Below are positions 1 to 11,880 of a DNA stretch of 64,000 nucleotides, in pieces (position 1 is the first letter of the stretch; the number at the start of each line of letters is the position of its first letter). Source of the DNA: Fistulifera solaris (Eukaryota); NCBI GenBank assembly GCA_030295235.1, contig AP026147.1, positions 186,001 to 250,000 of the forward strand, written 5' to 3'. The position numbers and the translations under genes are program-made. The notes under the pieces were generated by a model. The model was not told the origin of the DNA. It saw only the letters and a list, made by a program, of their open reading frames with translations, and ran no database searches.

Positions 1-13
1 CTGACCTTCTGCC

Positions 14-77
14 ACGTCATCTTTTTTACAGTCGAGTATCCATGTGCGCATCATGTTACGTCAGATGTGTGACGTCA
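14..77. promoter_or_regulatory. Cluster of three TGACGT-core bZIP (CRE/CCRE-like) sites
   Basis: ACGTCA at 14-19 and 58-63 (TGACGT on the minus strand) and palindromic TGACGTCA at 70-77, about 230-300 bp upstream of the ATG at 310. Confidence 0.35.
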
Positions 78-309
78 GTGACCGGATGAGCTTCAAGTTG
101 TTGTCCCGAACCCGAACCGTAACGGCCACAAGCATTCATTGCCAGTCCGACACATAATGCTTCCAACGGTCCGAACATAGATGAAAAACGCCCACGACCA
201 TCACGACGACCATGACGCCCTCGATAAAACATTGCAAGTGTTTGCTCCAAGGAAACATTTCTTTATCATCAACCCGTAATCTTTGTAGAGACGTTTCTTC
301 ACGATAAAA

Positions 310-1785
310 ATGACACAAGATGATTCCGATCTAGTCGATCTCCTCGCGAATACTAAGGACCATCACGCTACAGAAACGATGAATTTGGATCATTTGACAA
401 CCTCGGGAATCCGTGTGAAAAGTCCGAGTCACAACAAGAACAACAACAAAAAGAATTATCATTCTTCCGCGCCCATGTCCTGTTGTGACTTTGTGATATC
501 CTATACGTCCCAGTTGTGTCAATATTATCCCAAATGTTGTGCTGGCATCATCACGACACTTCTGGTGGTGTTCGGCCTGCTCCTCAGCAATCTTCTCGTT
601 CACCCCGCTCCTCCCGTCTTATTGGATGAACACGCCGTATTGCAAATTCATTCCAAATACGACCTGACGATCAATCAGGTCGATCATTGGTGTCTCAAAG
701 GTGGCAATGAACATTGTCGTTGTGAAGATCCCTTACAACCTGTGGGCCGGACCGAACACGCGTCCTGGGTGCAAGCCGTGAAAGCCAATCAGCTGTTGGT
801 GAAAGAAACCCCTGCTAACACAGATATAGCGATTGTGGGCGAGTCTGTGGTCGAAGCCATGGGAGGACGATGGATGGGGAAATCGCGATCTTCCTTGAAA
901 TCTGTGGGAGATTTGTTTCAACGCACCTTTCGACATCAGGCCGTCGCGTTGGGTGTCGCGGGCGACACCGCTCCCAACGTCTTGTGGCGCTTACTGCACG
1001 GTGAATTGTCCATCAAACCCAAAATATGGTGGATTTCCTTGGGAATGAATGATTTGGCCCGGATGGGATGTTCGGAAGAAATTGTCGTGTTGGGCCTACT
1101 GAGGGTGGTCGAAGAAATCATGGAACAACAACCGGCCGCACACATTGTCATTAATTCGGTCTTGCCCATGGTGAATGTACGGGGTGGGGCGTATCCGTTG
1201 GTGACGGATTACGAGGATGCCTTGCATTCGCGGCATTTGTTGGTGAGGGAAGCATCGGGTCCAATGAGCCGACATTTGGATCGCAAGAGAAAAAAGCAAC
1301 TTGATGTGACAGTTGAAGAAATCAAGGACCCGAAACAACTTGCCAAATTGCGAGCTGAACAAGCGGAACAAGAAGAAGAACAACGCGCGAAGAAACAGAA
1401 ACGTTGGAGGAAAAAACGTCGCGAACCGGTCAACGCGAAACTCAACGCCCCCACCCTCTTTCATCAAATCCCACTTTGGACCAGCATTCAAGTGATCAAT
1501 CAACAATTGCGGCGTTTTACTGAAAACCAGCCGTCGCGGGTTCATTTCTTTGATGCCACGCCCTTGTTTGTTTCCGAAAAGAATGGCAAATCGCGGATCC
1601 GCAGTGATCGCATTACACCCAAAGGCTATCCCCGCCTCGCCGGTTTTGAAGCATGGGAAGAAGCCATTTTGGCGTTTGCACAACCGATTCTGGACGCACT
1701 GAAGCCTCCCGATAAGGACGACAGTCCGGCGGATGATGATGATGACGAAGATGATTTGATTCCTTTGGAAGATGACAGTGTATAG
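310..1785 (+). CDS. Membrane-anchored SGNH/GDSL hydrolase-family protein (PAF-acetylhydrolase Ib-like)
   Basis: 491 aa ORF with TM helix (GIITTLLVVFGLLLS), block I IVGES, block II GVAGD-NVLWRL and block III LGMNDL; block V His appears replaced (TPKGYP). Confidence 0.75.
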   Translation: MTQDDSDLVDLLANTKDHHATETMNLDHLTTSGIRVKSPSHNKNNNKKNYHSSAPMSCCDFVISYTSQLCQYYPKCCAGIITTLLVVFGLLLSNLLVHPAPPVLLDEHAVLQIHSKYDLTINQVDHWCLKGGNEHCRCEDPLQPVGRTEHASWVQAVKANQLLVKETPANTDIAIVGESVVEAMGGRWMGKSRSSLKSVGDLFQRTFRHQAVALGVAGDTAPNVLWRLLHGELSIKPKIWWISLGMNDLARMGCSEEIVVLGLLRVVEEIMEQQPAAHIVINSVLPMVNVRGGAYPLVTDYEDALHSRHLLVREASGPMSRHLDRKRKKQLDVTVEEIKDPKQLAKLRAEQAEQEEEQRAKKQKRWRKKRREPVNAKLNAPTLFHQIPLWTSIQVINQQLRRFTENQPSRVHFFDATPLFVSEKNGKSRIRSDRITPKGYPRLAGFEAWEEAILAFAQPILDALKPPDKDDSPADDDDDEDDLIPLEDDSV

Positions 1786-2066
1786 AAATATTGTGCCAAA
1801 GACAGAATCAGTTGCTACTACCGAATATCGTTTGCTTTTTTGCTAGATTTATATGTTAGAGGAGGACGTCTTTTGCGCCTGAGATGCATGCGTGACTTCC
1901 ATGACACCGAGTGAGTCGTGAGTCGCGATGCGATCTTTTGGATCCGAGATGCGCGAAAAAAGCGACGACGCGATGACATTTTTCTTTCCAAAATACGGAA
2001 TGGAACAACTACTGATCATAAAACGACAACCTTTTCGACATCCATCCATCAGTTCTTTGCAAACGA

Positions 2067-3006
2067 ATGAGATATCTGAGTTCATTGCTTCGAAATGGCG
2101 GGCTCCGCCGAAGAATAGTACCGTCTTATTGTGCTGGCAATCCTTCCTTATCCGCTCGATTTTCGTCGCACACCGAGCAACGTGTCACACTTTCCGTCGA
2201 TTCCGACGGCATTGCGCACGTTCAGTTGAATCGACCCGACAAATTGAATGCTTTGGATTTGCCCATGTTTGAAGCCCTGCGGTCGGTCGGTCAAGAATTG
2301 CAGTCGAAACCCCAGATTCGGGTCGTCATTCTTTCAGGAAATGGTCGAGCCTTTTGTACGGGGTTGGATGTCCAATCCATCCTGCGGAACAATCCACTGC
2401 AAAGTATGGAACGATTGTTAGAACGACGAAACGATGAAGTGACGAATTTAGCACAAATGGTGGCGTATCAATGGCGGCAATTGCCCGTCCCTGTGGTGGC
2501 GGTCTTGCACGGAATGTGTTTTGGTGGAGGTTTGCAAATTGCGTTGGGTGCCGATTTCCGCTATTGTACACCGGAGTGTCAATTGTCGATCATGGAAACG
2601 AAATGGGGTCTCATTCCCGACATGTCCATGACCGTCACGTTACGAGAATTGGTCCGCATCGATGTCGCCAAAGAATTGACCATGACGGGACGCATTGTCC
2701 AGGGAGAAGAAGCGGAAGCGTTGGGATTGGTGACACGGTGTGTTAAGGATCCGCATCACGAAGCCCAGACCCTGGCACACGCTCTCATCCAAAAAATCAC
2801 CCGATGCGGTGGCCTTGACGAAACAATTGTATCAACAAACGTGGGTCGATTGTAGTGAGTCTGACGCATTATTGCTGGAAACGAAATTGCAACGTCGACT
2901 TTTGAAATCATGGAATCAAATGGCGGCCACGGGACGGGTGTTTGGTGTCAATGTGCCCTATTGGAATCGCAAAGAAACGAAAGAGGGTGAAGTCAAAAGT
3001 AATTGA
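2067..3006 (+). CDS. Enoyl-CoA hydratase/crotonase family, probable mitochondrial presequence; one frameshift at A6 run 2791-2796
   Basis: LNRPDKLNAL, AFCTGLD, CFGGGLQIALGAD, ETKWGLIPD. Removing one A gives ALIQKSPDAVALTKQL, joining ORFs 2067..2855 and 2740..3006. Confidence 0.9.
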
Positions 3007-3016
3007 AACATTATTA

Positions 3017-4612
3017 TTATAACCCAATTTTGGTCAATGCTCCGTACAAGGGTAAACTTTTTTGCAATTTCGCATAATAGACTTCGGATGCCATGAGTTG
3101 TAACGACAATCCAAACGTCGGGTAAGGATGCATGACCGTGGTTAATTGATCGAACGGCAATTTGGCGGCCATTGCGACGGCGATTTCCCCTATCAGATCA
3201 CCGGCCGTCGGTCCCACAATGGTCGCACCCAATATTTGCTGATTCTTTTGCGCAACACTATTTTGAGAAATCCGTCTGTGGCACCTTCGCAAATGGCGCG
3301 ATCGACGTGTTTGAGTTCTTTTTGTACAATGGTAATTTGGTCGGCACCGTACGTTGCTTTGGCTTGGGCTTCCGACATTCCAATCGAAGCCACTTCGGGA
3401 CTGGTAAATGTCGTGGACGGTACATGATCCAAGACACCGGGATCGGTCAAGGGCAAGAGAATATTCCGTGCGGCAATGGCACCTTGGAATCCAGCGTAAT
3501 GTGTACTGTTTAAAAAAAAGGAACCAGTGAGGAACCGATCTAGCCATCCACTGGATATAATATACATCACAGACTCACAATTGTCGATCCCCGGTACAAT
3601 CACCGGCCGCATAGATATGTTTGACGCTGGTTTGCAATTTCTTGTTGACTTCAATTCCACCCTTGGCATTCAATCGAATGCCGGCTTCTTCCAATCCTTC
3701 GACCCGCGGCACACGTCCCAATGCGAGCAGCAGTGTATCTCCCACGACTGATTCGGTACTACTCCCATCATTCTTTTGGACTTGGATCGTATGTTGTGAC
3801 GACGATCCCGAGGATGTCGCTACCGCTCGTCCCTGGATGATTTGAATGCCTTCGGCCGCGAAAACGTGTTGCAGTGTCACCGATACTTGCGGATCTTCCG
3901 CCGGCAACAACGTCGGCGCAATGAGGGTGACTTGAGAGCCCAATCGCGCGAAGGCTTGTGCCAATTCACAACCAACGGGACCTCCTCCCACGACCGTCAA
4001 ACGTTGCGGCAATGTTGGTAACGACCAAATCGATTCAGTGGTGACAAAGGGAACTGCATCCAATCCGACAATGTCGGTCGGAATCCGTGCGGTCGCTCCC
4101 GTACACAGTATGATACCTTTGTTGGCCGTCAATGTGACGTACGATCCGTCGGATTGGGTGACTTGCACCGTTTTCCCCGACGACGACAAGGTGGCAGTAC
4201 CGGAAACAATCTCCACACCGTATCGTTGCATGGCTTCGGGGGAATCATCTTCGTCATAAATTTGCTCTATATTGGCTTGAATGCGAGCACGAATCGCCGA
4301 AAAGTCCACGGGCGTCGTGAGACCCCATTTCCGGGCCGCGTGGACTTCTTTCGCGGCCGCGAGTAACGATTTCGACGGAATGCATCCCGTCCACGTACAA
4401 TCGCCGCCCATGCGTTCGCGTTCCACCAACGCGACCGATTTTTGCAACGTCTTGCCAATGAGTTTGGCGGCTGTAATTCCCGCACTGCCTCCTCCAATAA
4501 TGACTAGTAAAAGATGAGACAAGAGGAGGAATGCTCGGCATCTTCGAAACGAAAGAATCTATGACGTACCGACATCGTACGACAATGCTTCTCCGACCGA
4601 ATGACGACTCAT
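3017..4612 (-). CDS. Pyridine nucleotide-disulfide oxidoreductase, mercuric-reductase/dihydrolipoamide-dehydrogenase-like (3 exons; introns 4504-4569 and 3506-3578; frameshift at 3246-3249)
   Basis: Spliced N-terminus MSRHSVGEALSYDVVIIGGGSAG; redox motif GGDCTWTGCIPSK; GGGPVGCE; spliced GDRQFTHYAG; C-terminal HPYPT. No C-terminal Cys-Cys of true MerA. Confidence 0.85.
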
Positions 4613-4906
4613 GACCGCAATCAGAAGACTTGACCAAGAATAATAAAGAATATTCCGCATGGGTGAAAGAATTTGAGAGAGTATCTAGCGTTTTCTAGCT
4701 AGAGATCAACACAATCGTGACGATCGATCGATCCAACAACACAAATCTCGTCCGACAACATAATGATTTAGGTGCGTGCGCGCGGTCGGTCCGCCAATTG
4801 ACGTCTCATTCGTGAATAAGAATTCGCGCATTTGAAAAAAACCGCCAAAAAAGATGGCGAATTTTTATTGTCGTCATAAATAAATTGGTAATATCCATTC
4901 AACAAA

Positions 4907-5539
4907 ATGCCATCAGTCCCTCTTGTTTTCGTATTATTACTACAACTACTGGGTTCTACGCATGGCCTCAGTCTGCCGTTTGTCATGAAACAAGCCGGGA
5001 AAACGGTCTTTCGACCGGGTGGCCGTCCCGCCCAGGAAGCATTGCTTCGTTGGGTCCGTGCGGATGAACTGGTGACACTCTCTCCCTCCAACGATACTGT
5101 CCCCAAAACATTCCACACCACCATGTTACTCGAAGCCATCTTGACGCATCAACACAACAAGGATGAAATACTTCAATCGTTACATACAAATCAACTTTTG
5201 TTACATGATGTGGTGGTTTTGACGACTTGCGATACGATGCTATCAGATTTGACCGAAGCGTTGGGGATTGGATTTTATGCTCTTACCGCCGAAGAATGGA
5301 AATCATTATTAGAACGAAATGGATATCACGTCGTCCATTGTCAACAGGGACCGTTGGCAAATCCAAATCTCCGACGTCTGGTGCAAGAAGAAGGCTGGCG
5401 TAAGACAATCCGCATCGTGGGGAATTTACTCCTCCACCCGGCTTGGCGTCAACGGGTCAAAACGGCACAAAGGACCATGAAACGGTACCACGCGTCGTTG
5501 GGGTACATAGTATTGCACGCCGTCAAAGATCGGCAATAA
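4907..5539 (+). CDS. Signal-peptide-bearing protein related to bacterial GKxVxRPGG class I methyltransferases, lacking SAM motif I
   Basis: Hydrophobic N-terminus; GKTVFRPGG, LEAILT and the C-terminal RRLVQEEG..GNLLLHP..RQRV..LGYIV match my recollection of this bacterial family; no ExGxG motif. Confidence 0.55.
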   Translation: MPSVPLVFVLLLQLLGSTHGLSLPFVMKQAGKTVFRPGGRPAQEALLRWVRADELVTLSPSNDTVPKTFHTTMLLEAILTHQHNKDEILQSLHTNQLLLHDVVVLTTCDTMLSDLTEALGIGFYALTAEEWKSLLERNGYHVVHCQQGPLANPNLRRLVQEEGWRKTIRIVGNLLLHPAWRQRVKTAQRTMKRYHASLGYIVLHAVKDRQ

Positions 5540-5595
5540 AATCGGGTCTTTTTGAGTAACAAGGCGAGCTTCACTATATCCCTGTATCCGGAAAA

Positions 5596-7307
5596 TCATG
5601 TCATGACCGGCCTGTTTTCTTCATGCCAACCAGGCAGTTCCACACTGGATTCGTCGCACGGAGGTTGTCCATGATGCAATCGATCTTCTGTGTCCAATAT
5701 CGATCGATCTCCCGTCAAGGCCGCAAAATACATGGACATTTCTTCGAGCGATTTATCCTTGGTTTCGGGAAGGTACGACCACAGAAACCAGGCACTCGCG
5801 AGGCATATTATTGCCAAGACGAAGAAAAATCCGGGCCACGTCAACCATTGCGCCAAACTCAAAAGGAGGAGGCCATGAGGGTGGCCATGATACGGTTGGG
5901 ACTTGAAAAATAGTGAGAGGCTGATTCCACGTGATAAAAAAAAACAGTCCGTTACTTACAGTACGGCCACACACATGCCTTTGGCCCGGATACTGGTCGC
6001 AAAGATTTCGGAGACGACCACCCAGTTCCCCGGTCCGACGCCGATACTGAAGAATGCTAAATACAGGGCTAGCCCCAGGACGGTACATGCTTCACTGACA
6101 CGAGACTGGAACAGAAAGGTAATGCTTACGATTGATAACGCCGCCGCCATGCCTAAGAGTGGGTGAGTGCCAAGAAAGGGACACGCGCGCACAACATTTG
6201 GTGAGCAACATACCACAAAGGGACACGAACAAAAGCGGCCGTCGTCCCACTCGATCAAATAGATTGGCTCCGACAAATACAAAGACCAGTTTCACGAGTC
6301 CCAGAACCATCAGCGCTGCGACTTCTCCCAACTCGGTCGCAATGCCCGATCCTTTGATAACGAACATGAGGTAAAACATGACAGCGTCGATTCCCACAGC
6401 CTGTTGAATGGTTGCCATTCCAATTCCAACCATCAGCATTCTTTTCACGGCAGGAGATGGAGCAAATATGGCGTCTGAGTTGAAACGAAAAAGAATATGA
6501 GTTTGGTGTACCTATAAAATGTAGCAACGCACGCAACTCACTCCAGCCAACCGCATTCGATGACTGTCGCTCCAATTCAATGGAACTTTGGATATCATCA
6601 ACGACATCATCAATGGCATCGCTCGGGTAGATTCGCTCCAAAACAACTCGTGCGGCACTTTCTTGGTTCTGAGAAATGAGCCATTGTGGCGATTCGGGAA
6701 GGAATCCGAACGCAACCATGAGCACCATGATGATGGGTAAAATCATCCCCGCACCCACCATGCAGCGCCACTTTGTTGCGACATTTTCCACAGCATAAAA
6801 GACCAGACTGCTCGAAAAACCCAACACCACTCCCAACGCCACTCCCGCCTCGGCCCAGGACACCAAACGGCCCCTCACGTGTTTTGGGGATATTTCCGCG
6901 ATATACATGGGATCGACCGCTTCTCCGACTCCCACGGCGACGCCAACGATCATTCGTCCCACCATGAGAGATTCAAACGACGACGACACAATCATGACCG
7001 CAATCCCCACCAGAAAACCCATCGCGGCCATCACAAACGTTGTGGTTCGACCGTAGCGATCGGTCATACAGGGTGAACTGAGCGCACCAAAAATGGTCCA
7101 AAAATTGAGACTTCCCAAAAACAGTTCTAATTGAAGGGACGTGAGTTGAAAATCGGTCGCAATCAGAGGGCCGGCATTCGTCGAAACACCAATATCGTAT
7201 CCCAAATTACACGAATTGAGGGCGGCGCCCAAGGCGTAAGCGTACGTCGCTCGAGTGACGGGAAAGGTTTTTTCGACGTGCGATTCTTCTTCCTTGTTGT
7301 CATGCAT
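5596..7307 (-). CDS. MFS sugar porter (polyol/inositol/monosaccharide transporter-like); introns 6475-6541, 6153-6213, 5902-5959; frameshift at 5861-5864
   Basis: GYDIG, DRYGR, PMYIAEISP..RG, PESPQW, QQAVGID, DRVGRRPL, SEIF and PETK motifs across spliced exons. Confidence 0.9.
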
Positions 7308-7760
7308 GACACCTTACTGTTACTTCCAGGCAGGCATTGGAGGGTGTTCGTTTCCAACTGACCAGCGCTTCCGTTGTAACAGAATGAAAGCTTCATCACT
7401 TCTTTGTAAACCTTTTTCATGTTCATGTTTTTCTTCGAAGATCGTTTCCTTTAGGAATACCGATACGATGTAAGCACGCACTTGGGGCTAAAAAGTGCGC
7501 TTCATAAATCGATCGATTCGAAAGGGTCTATTCATTCAATGATTCTTAGTTCTTGGTTCATGCATAGCTGCGAAGGCTTCAAGGTTTGGCAGGAATGCCA
7601 TCATTGGACCTACGAAGAAAACGATTTTCACTACAAACAACGACCCTCCGGAAACAAAGAATGGCGCACACAAACGTATCGTATTCACTAACAAAGACTA
7701 CATTCATTGATTCATTCATTCGCTTATGACTGCCTTCGCGTCCCCCACCAGCCCCTATTA

Positions 7761-8573
7761 TTACTGGCAACACCCGGGTGATTTGGACGATCCGCCACCT
7801 TCCGTTGGAGCTAAATGAATGGTTCGATTGTCGGTCGTTGTACTCGCACCATCGGTGCTGGGTGCTCCTCCTCCTCCCTTCCAAATAATCATCAATGCGT
7901 TTGTGTTTGATCGTCGTCGCGAGTGCCGTAAACATGGCTTCCACATTTTGACCCGTCAATGCCGACGATTCAAAGAATTGCACCCCGTATTCATCCGCTA
8001 ACTGTTTCCCTTCTTCGTACGTCACGACCCGATCATTGTCCAGGTCACATTTATTGCCGCACAATACGATATCACAATCCGGTGGCGCCCGGGTCTTGAT
8101 ATCGCGCATCCAACCAATGACATGATCGAAGGACGGTCGATTCGATATATCGTACGTCAACACAAAGCCATCGGCGCGGCCAAAGAAATTGCTAGTCAAG
8201 CTGCGAAATCGTTCTTGTCCCGCCGTGTCCCACAATTGCAGTCGCATCGGGGCTCCTTCGATCTGTATGTATATTCGAAAGAAAAGAATAAAAAGGGCAA
8301 ATTATCGTTCAACAAACAATCCTGTGAGATGAAAAGGTTCCTTCGGCGGATTATCCGAAATACAATTTATTTTGGACGCACCTTGACCATTTTGTCTCGA
8401 TAATCAACACCAATTGTCGTAACAAACTTGGTCGAAAAGACATTTTGATCGAATCGCAAGACGAGCGACGTTTTGCCGCACGCCGAATCTCCGACCATGA
8501 GTAGTCGGACAATATAAGCGCCTTTGGCGCCCATTTGTAAAGGACGTGGTTGTTGTTGTGCGTTGTTGTCCAT
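7761..8573 (-). CDS. Rab GTPase, Rab8/Rab1-like (intron 8263-8381; frameshift near 7877-7879)
   Basis: GDSACGKT, TIGVDY, WDTAGQERF, GNKCD, ESSA; the corrected frame ends in the prenylation motif GCCQ. Confidence 0.9.
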
Positions 8574-9078
8574 AGTATTGTGAATTGTTGTTGTTTGTTT
8601 TTCTTTGGGGTAATAATAGCACGTCCTGTTGCTGTTGACCCGCAACTCACACGCAATAATGCGGTGCAACGCAGCGCCTGCAGTCTTCAACCGTTGAACA
8701 CCGTCCATCGAAAAAAATAGCCGCAACGTCGAGCGCGCCGGGATGGTCACGACCGAATGACGGACGTCACACTTGTTTTTATGAACAATACTGTACTTTG
8801 CTGTACACTTGCGTCTATAATTCGAAAGAACATCTTGTCGCACAGCAACAGATAAGTTTCCTTCCCTATTTATTCCATTGCGACGACGACGAAAGAAGAA
8901 TGAATGATTGCGGAATGGCAACCAAAGTAGACTATTAGTCAAGCAATAACATTTGAATATCGACAACATACTATCTGTGTATAATAACGCAAGTGAAAAG
9001 GTTTTGGTCATTTGAGCTTCCAGTGACGGTGGGTGTTGTTTTCTGTGAGCGAATGGTCGTTGACATCATCCATTGGCG

Positions 9079-11016
9079 TGATGACTTCTTCTTCGTTCAA
9101 TGATGATCATGACAGTAGCTCATCGTCGTCATGGGGAGAATCGGAGCACTTGGAAGAACGGGTCCGCAAGGGGAATGATACAGATGCAATGATACCTAAA
9201 CTTGAAGTAGAAACTGTTCCACCCGATCAGGAACGACAGTTGTTGTTGTTGATGCTGTTGGCGCAAGTTTGCGCTTTGCATGATCCCACGCCTCGCACAT
9301 TTACGGTGCATGTTTTAGAACTCTTTGAACGAGGGATTTTGGATCGACAGTCGATTCATTTTCTGTTCGAGTTGGGATTGGTTCCTTCGTCGTCACAACG
9401 CCGGCTGGCGGGGTCCAGTCCCGAACGGGCACTGGTGTCCGAACCCCTCCAGCATTATCAGCGGTCCTTGGAAGCTTCGGCGATACGAACGAGCTTGGAA
9501 CATTTAGAGGATAGCACGACCCGTCAGAAACAATACGTGAGATACACGTCAACATGGTCCGATCCGGGTCCACAATCATGGACGGCCGAAGCGCATCCCC
9601 TGAGTTTGTCGCGTTATCAACGAGAATTCAACGAAGTCAAATTACTGGCGTCGGGCGCCTTTGGACAAGTGTTCCACGTCACCAGCAAGATGGATGGATT
9701 CGATTACGCCATCAAGAAGATTGCGTTTTCCGCCAAGGGTTATTCCAAAGAATCGGTCCAGCAAGTTGTTCGCGAAGTGCAGTGTCTGGCCGTGTGCGAT
9801 CACCCCAACGTCGTACGGTATTACACCAGCTGGCTGGAACCCAGTTGGATGACGGGACGCCAGGAGGATGACGACGATCGCCACCACCATCTTCTTTTGG
9901 GATTGCAGGATGTGGTAAATGGCAAAAAGAATCAGATTCGGAAGGGTTGCAGGATTATTTCAAAGATCCCAGTCTGGGACGACGCTTGGGTCAACGGAGA
10001 TTTTCGTTCGATGATAGCTATGATGCATCAGCATGGGAATCGCATCATGAAGAAGAAACGGCAAGTACCTGGGACGCGGAGGATGATCTTTTGTGCGAGA
10101 TGACTCGTTTGTTTCCTCAGCATTACCGAAACCAAGCACTGCGGCAGCCAAGAAAAATGATTACAGCTATCAAATATGTCTCTTTATTCAAATGCAATTG
10201 TGTCATCCCAAAACCCTGGCAGATTGGATACGACTGAGGAATCAAGAACGGCCATCCGATTCGGTACGGGATCGCATGGAAGTGGCCGCACAAGTCTTTG
10301 ATCAAATTGTGGCGGGCCTGTGCCATGTGCACGGAAAAGGAATTGTTCATCGAGATTTGAAGCCGGCCAACATTTTTACGAGCGTCGAGGACGGCTTGAT
10401 TTTCAAAATTGGAGATTTTGGGTTGAGTAAGTTAATCCAGACAGCATCGCGACAAGGCACACACTCGACTCGGCGGTCGTTTTTGATGCTCGACCATGAA
10501 CCTGAGCTACGCCAAGATGACACCTTGGCCAGTAACTTTGTACTAGATTGGAATGACCCGCACACCGCCGGAGTCGGTACAGCGTCATATGCTGCTCCCG
10601 AGCAAGTGAGCAGTCGCGACTACGGAACCAAAGCCGATGTGTTTAGCCTGGGCTTGATTCTCTTGGAACTATTGTGCAGCTTTTCGACGGAACACGAACG
10701 ACTTTTGACGTTTCGGGACTGCCGGCAAGGCCGTATACTCCCCACCGAACTCTCCCAGTACAAAGTGGCATCGGAGATTATTCTTTCTTGCACGAATCCC
10801 AATTCCGACTTGCGTCCCTCCGCGGCAGAGTTGTTGGGTCGTGACATTCGTCCGGCTCGAAAAGTAGCAGACGACCTAGCAGGACTGCTGGAAAAGAAAT
10901 TGGCCGATCAAAGAAAAGAAATTGAGCGATGTCATGAAGAAATGGCAAAGAAAGATCGCATCATTGCCGAACTAACGGCTCAGCTGGCGCGTGTTTCCGC
11001 CGAGAATACCCAATAG
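9079..11016 (+). CDS. eIF2alpha kinase, HRI (EIF2AK1)-like; frameshifts at 9924-9928 and 10089-10092
   Basis: SRYQREF..LASGAFGQV, YAIKKI, HPNVVRYYTSW, long kinase insert, LFIQMQLC, HRDLKPAN, IGDFGL, HTAGVGT; HRI-like N-terminal domain and C-terminal coiled coil. Confidence 0.85.
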
Positions 11017-11127
11017 ACTAGTATCATTAGAGTTTTAGAGTTTTGTTATTCATAATGTTTTGCATATTGTCTAAGATATCAATCTCCACCAACAACGGAT
11101 CGTTTCTCTCTATTGTTTATGCGATGT

Positions 11128-11604
11128 CTACACGAAAGAAGCCCAAAATCCTTGAATCCACGGTTCAACTTCTTCCAAACCGGTTCGCTCGTCGGCGAGT
11201 CCCAATGGATACCATCGGGTTCCACCCAGTGCTCCCAACCGCGTGTCCAATGCTTGCGCTACCTGGTTGCAATCCTTCGCGGTCGTCGTTTGCCGGTCCA
11301 GTAATAAATTGGAATCTCCCAATCCGAGGACCGTATAAGCACAATGCAACAAGTTTGTGGGATGCGTCTTTCGTTGAAAGAAACGGGCACAGGTACCTCC
11401 GGACTCGGTCGGAGCGGCATTTTCGATGGTTTGCATGATAAAGCAAAGAACCGTATCTTCCCCATGTGCCACTAAGGTGCTCGGTCGTTCCGATGCGCAT
11501 CTCACTTCAATGACAATGTTGGCGGGCTTTTGCGCCGCTAGTTGCTCCGCCACATCTTTGGCGAGCTCTCCGCCGTGAACAATCACTACTTTGGAGATTG
11601 TCAT
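11128..11604 (-). CDS. Stand-alone flavodoxin-like protein (diflavin-reductase/MTRR-type FMN domain)
   Basis: YTVLGLGDSN, LGALGG and LGLADERTGLEEVEPW; the N-terminal phosphate-binding loop is degenerate. Confidence 0.7.
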   Translation of the reverse strand: MTISKVVIVHGGELAKDVAEQLAAQKPANIVIEVRCASERPSTLVAHGEDTVLCFIMQTIENAAPTESGGTCARFFQRKTHPTNLLHCAYTVLGLGDSNLLLDRQTTTAKDCNQVAQALDTRLGALGGTRWYPLGLADERTGLEEVEPWIQGFWASFV

Positions 11605-11880
11605 GATGTGAAAGTAGTTGCCCTTTTGTTTGGCGACTCACCGACAGGAACACCGAACAATAAGAGGATAGGTGCAAAAATGAGAGGAGCGTCGCACGTG
11701 ACTACTGTTATCACTATAATCGGGTATGTTGTGTAGATTGAATAAGTAGGAGGCAGGCGCGCTTTTTCCAACGGAAACACAGCCGTTCGACAAGAAACAA
11801 GAAAATGCCCTCACACATCCTCATCCCTTGTCGTCGTCCTCTGCTTCATTATTTTGTCGTTGACACTGAACTCCTTTTCG

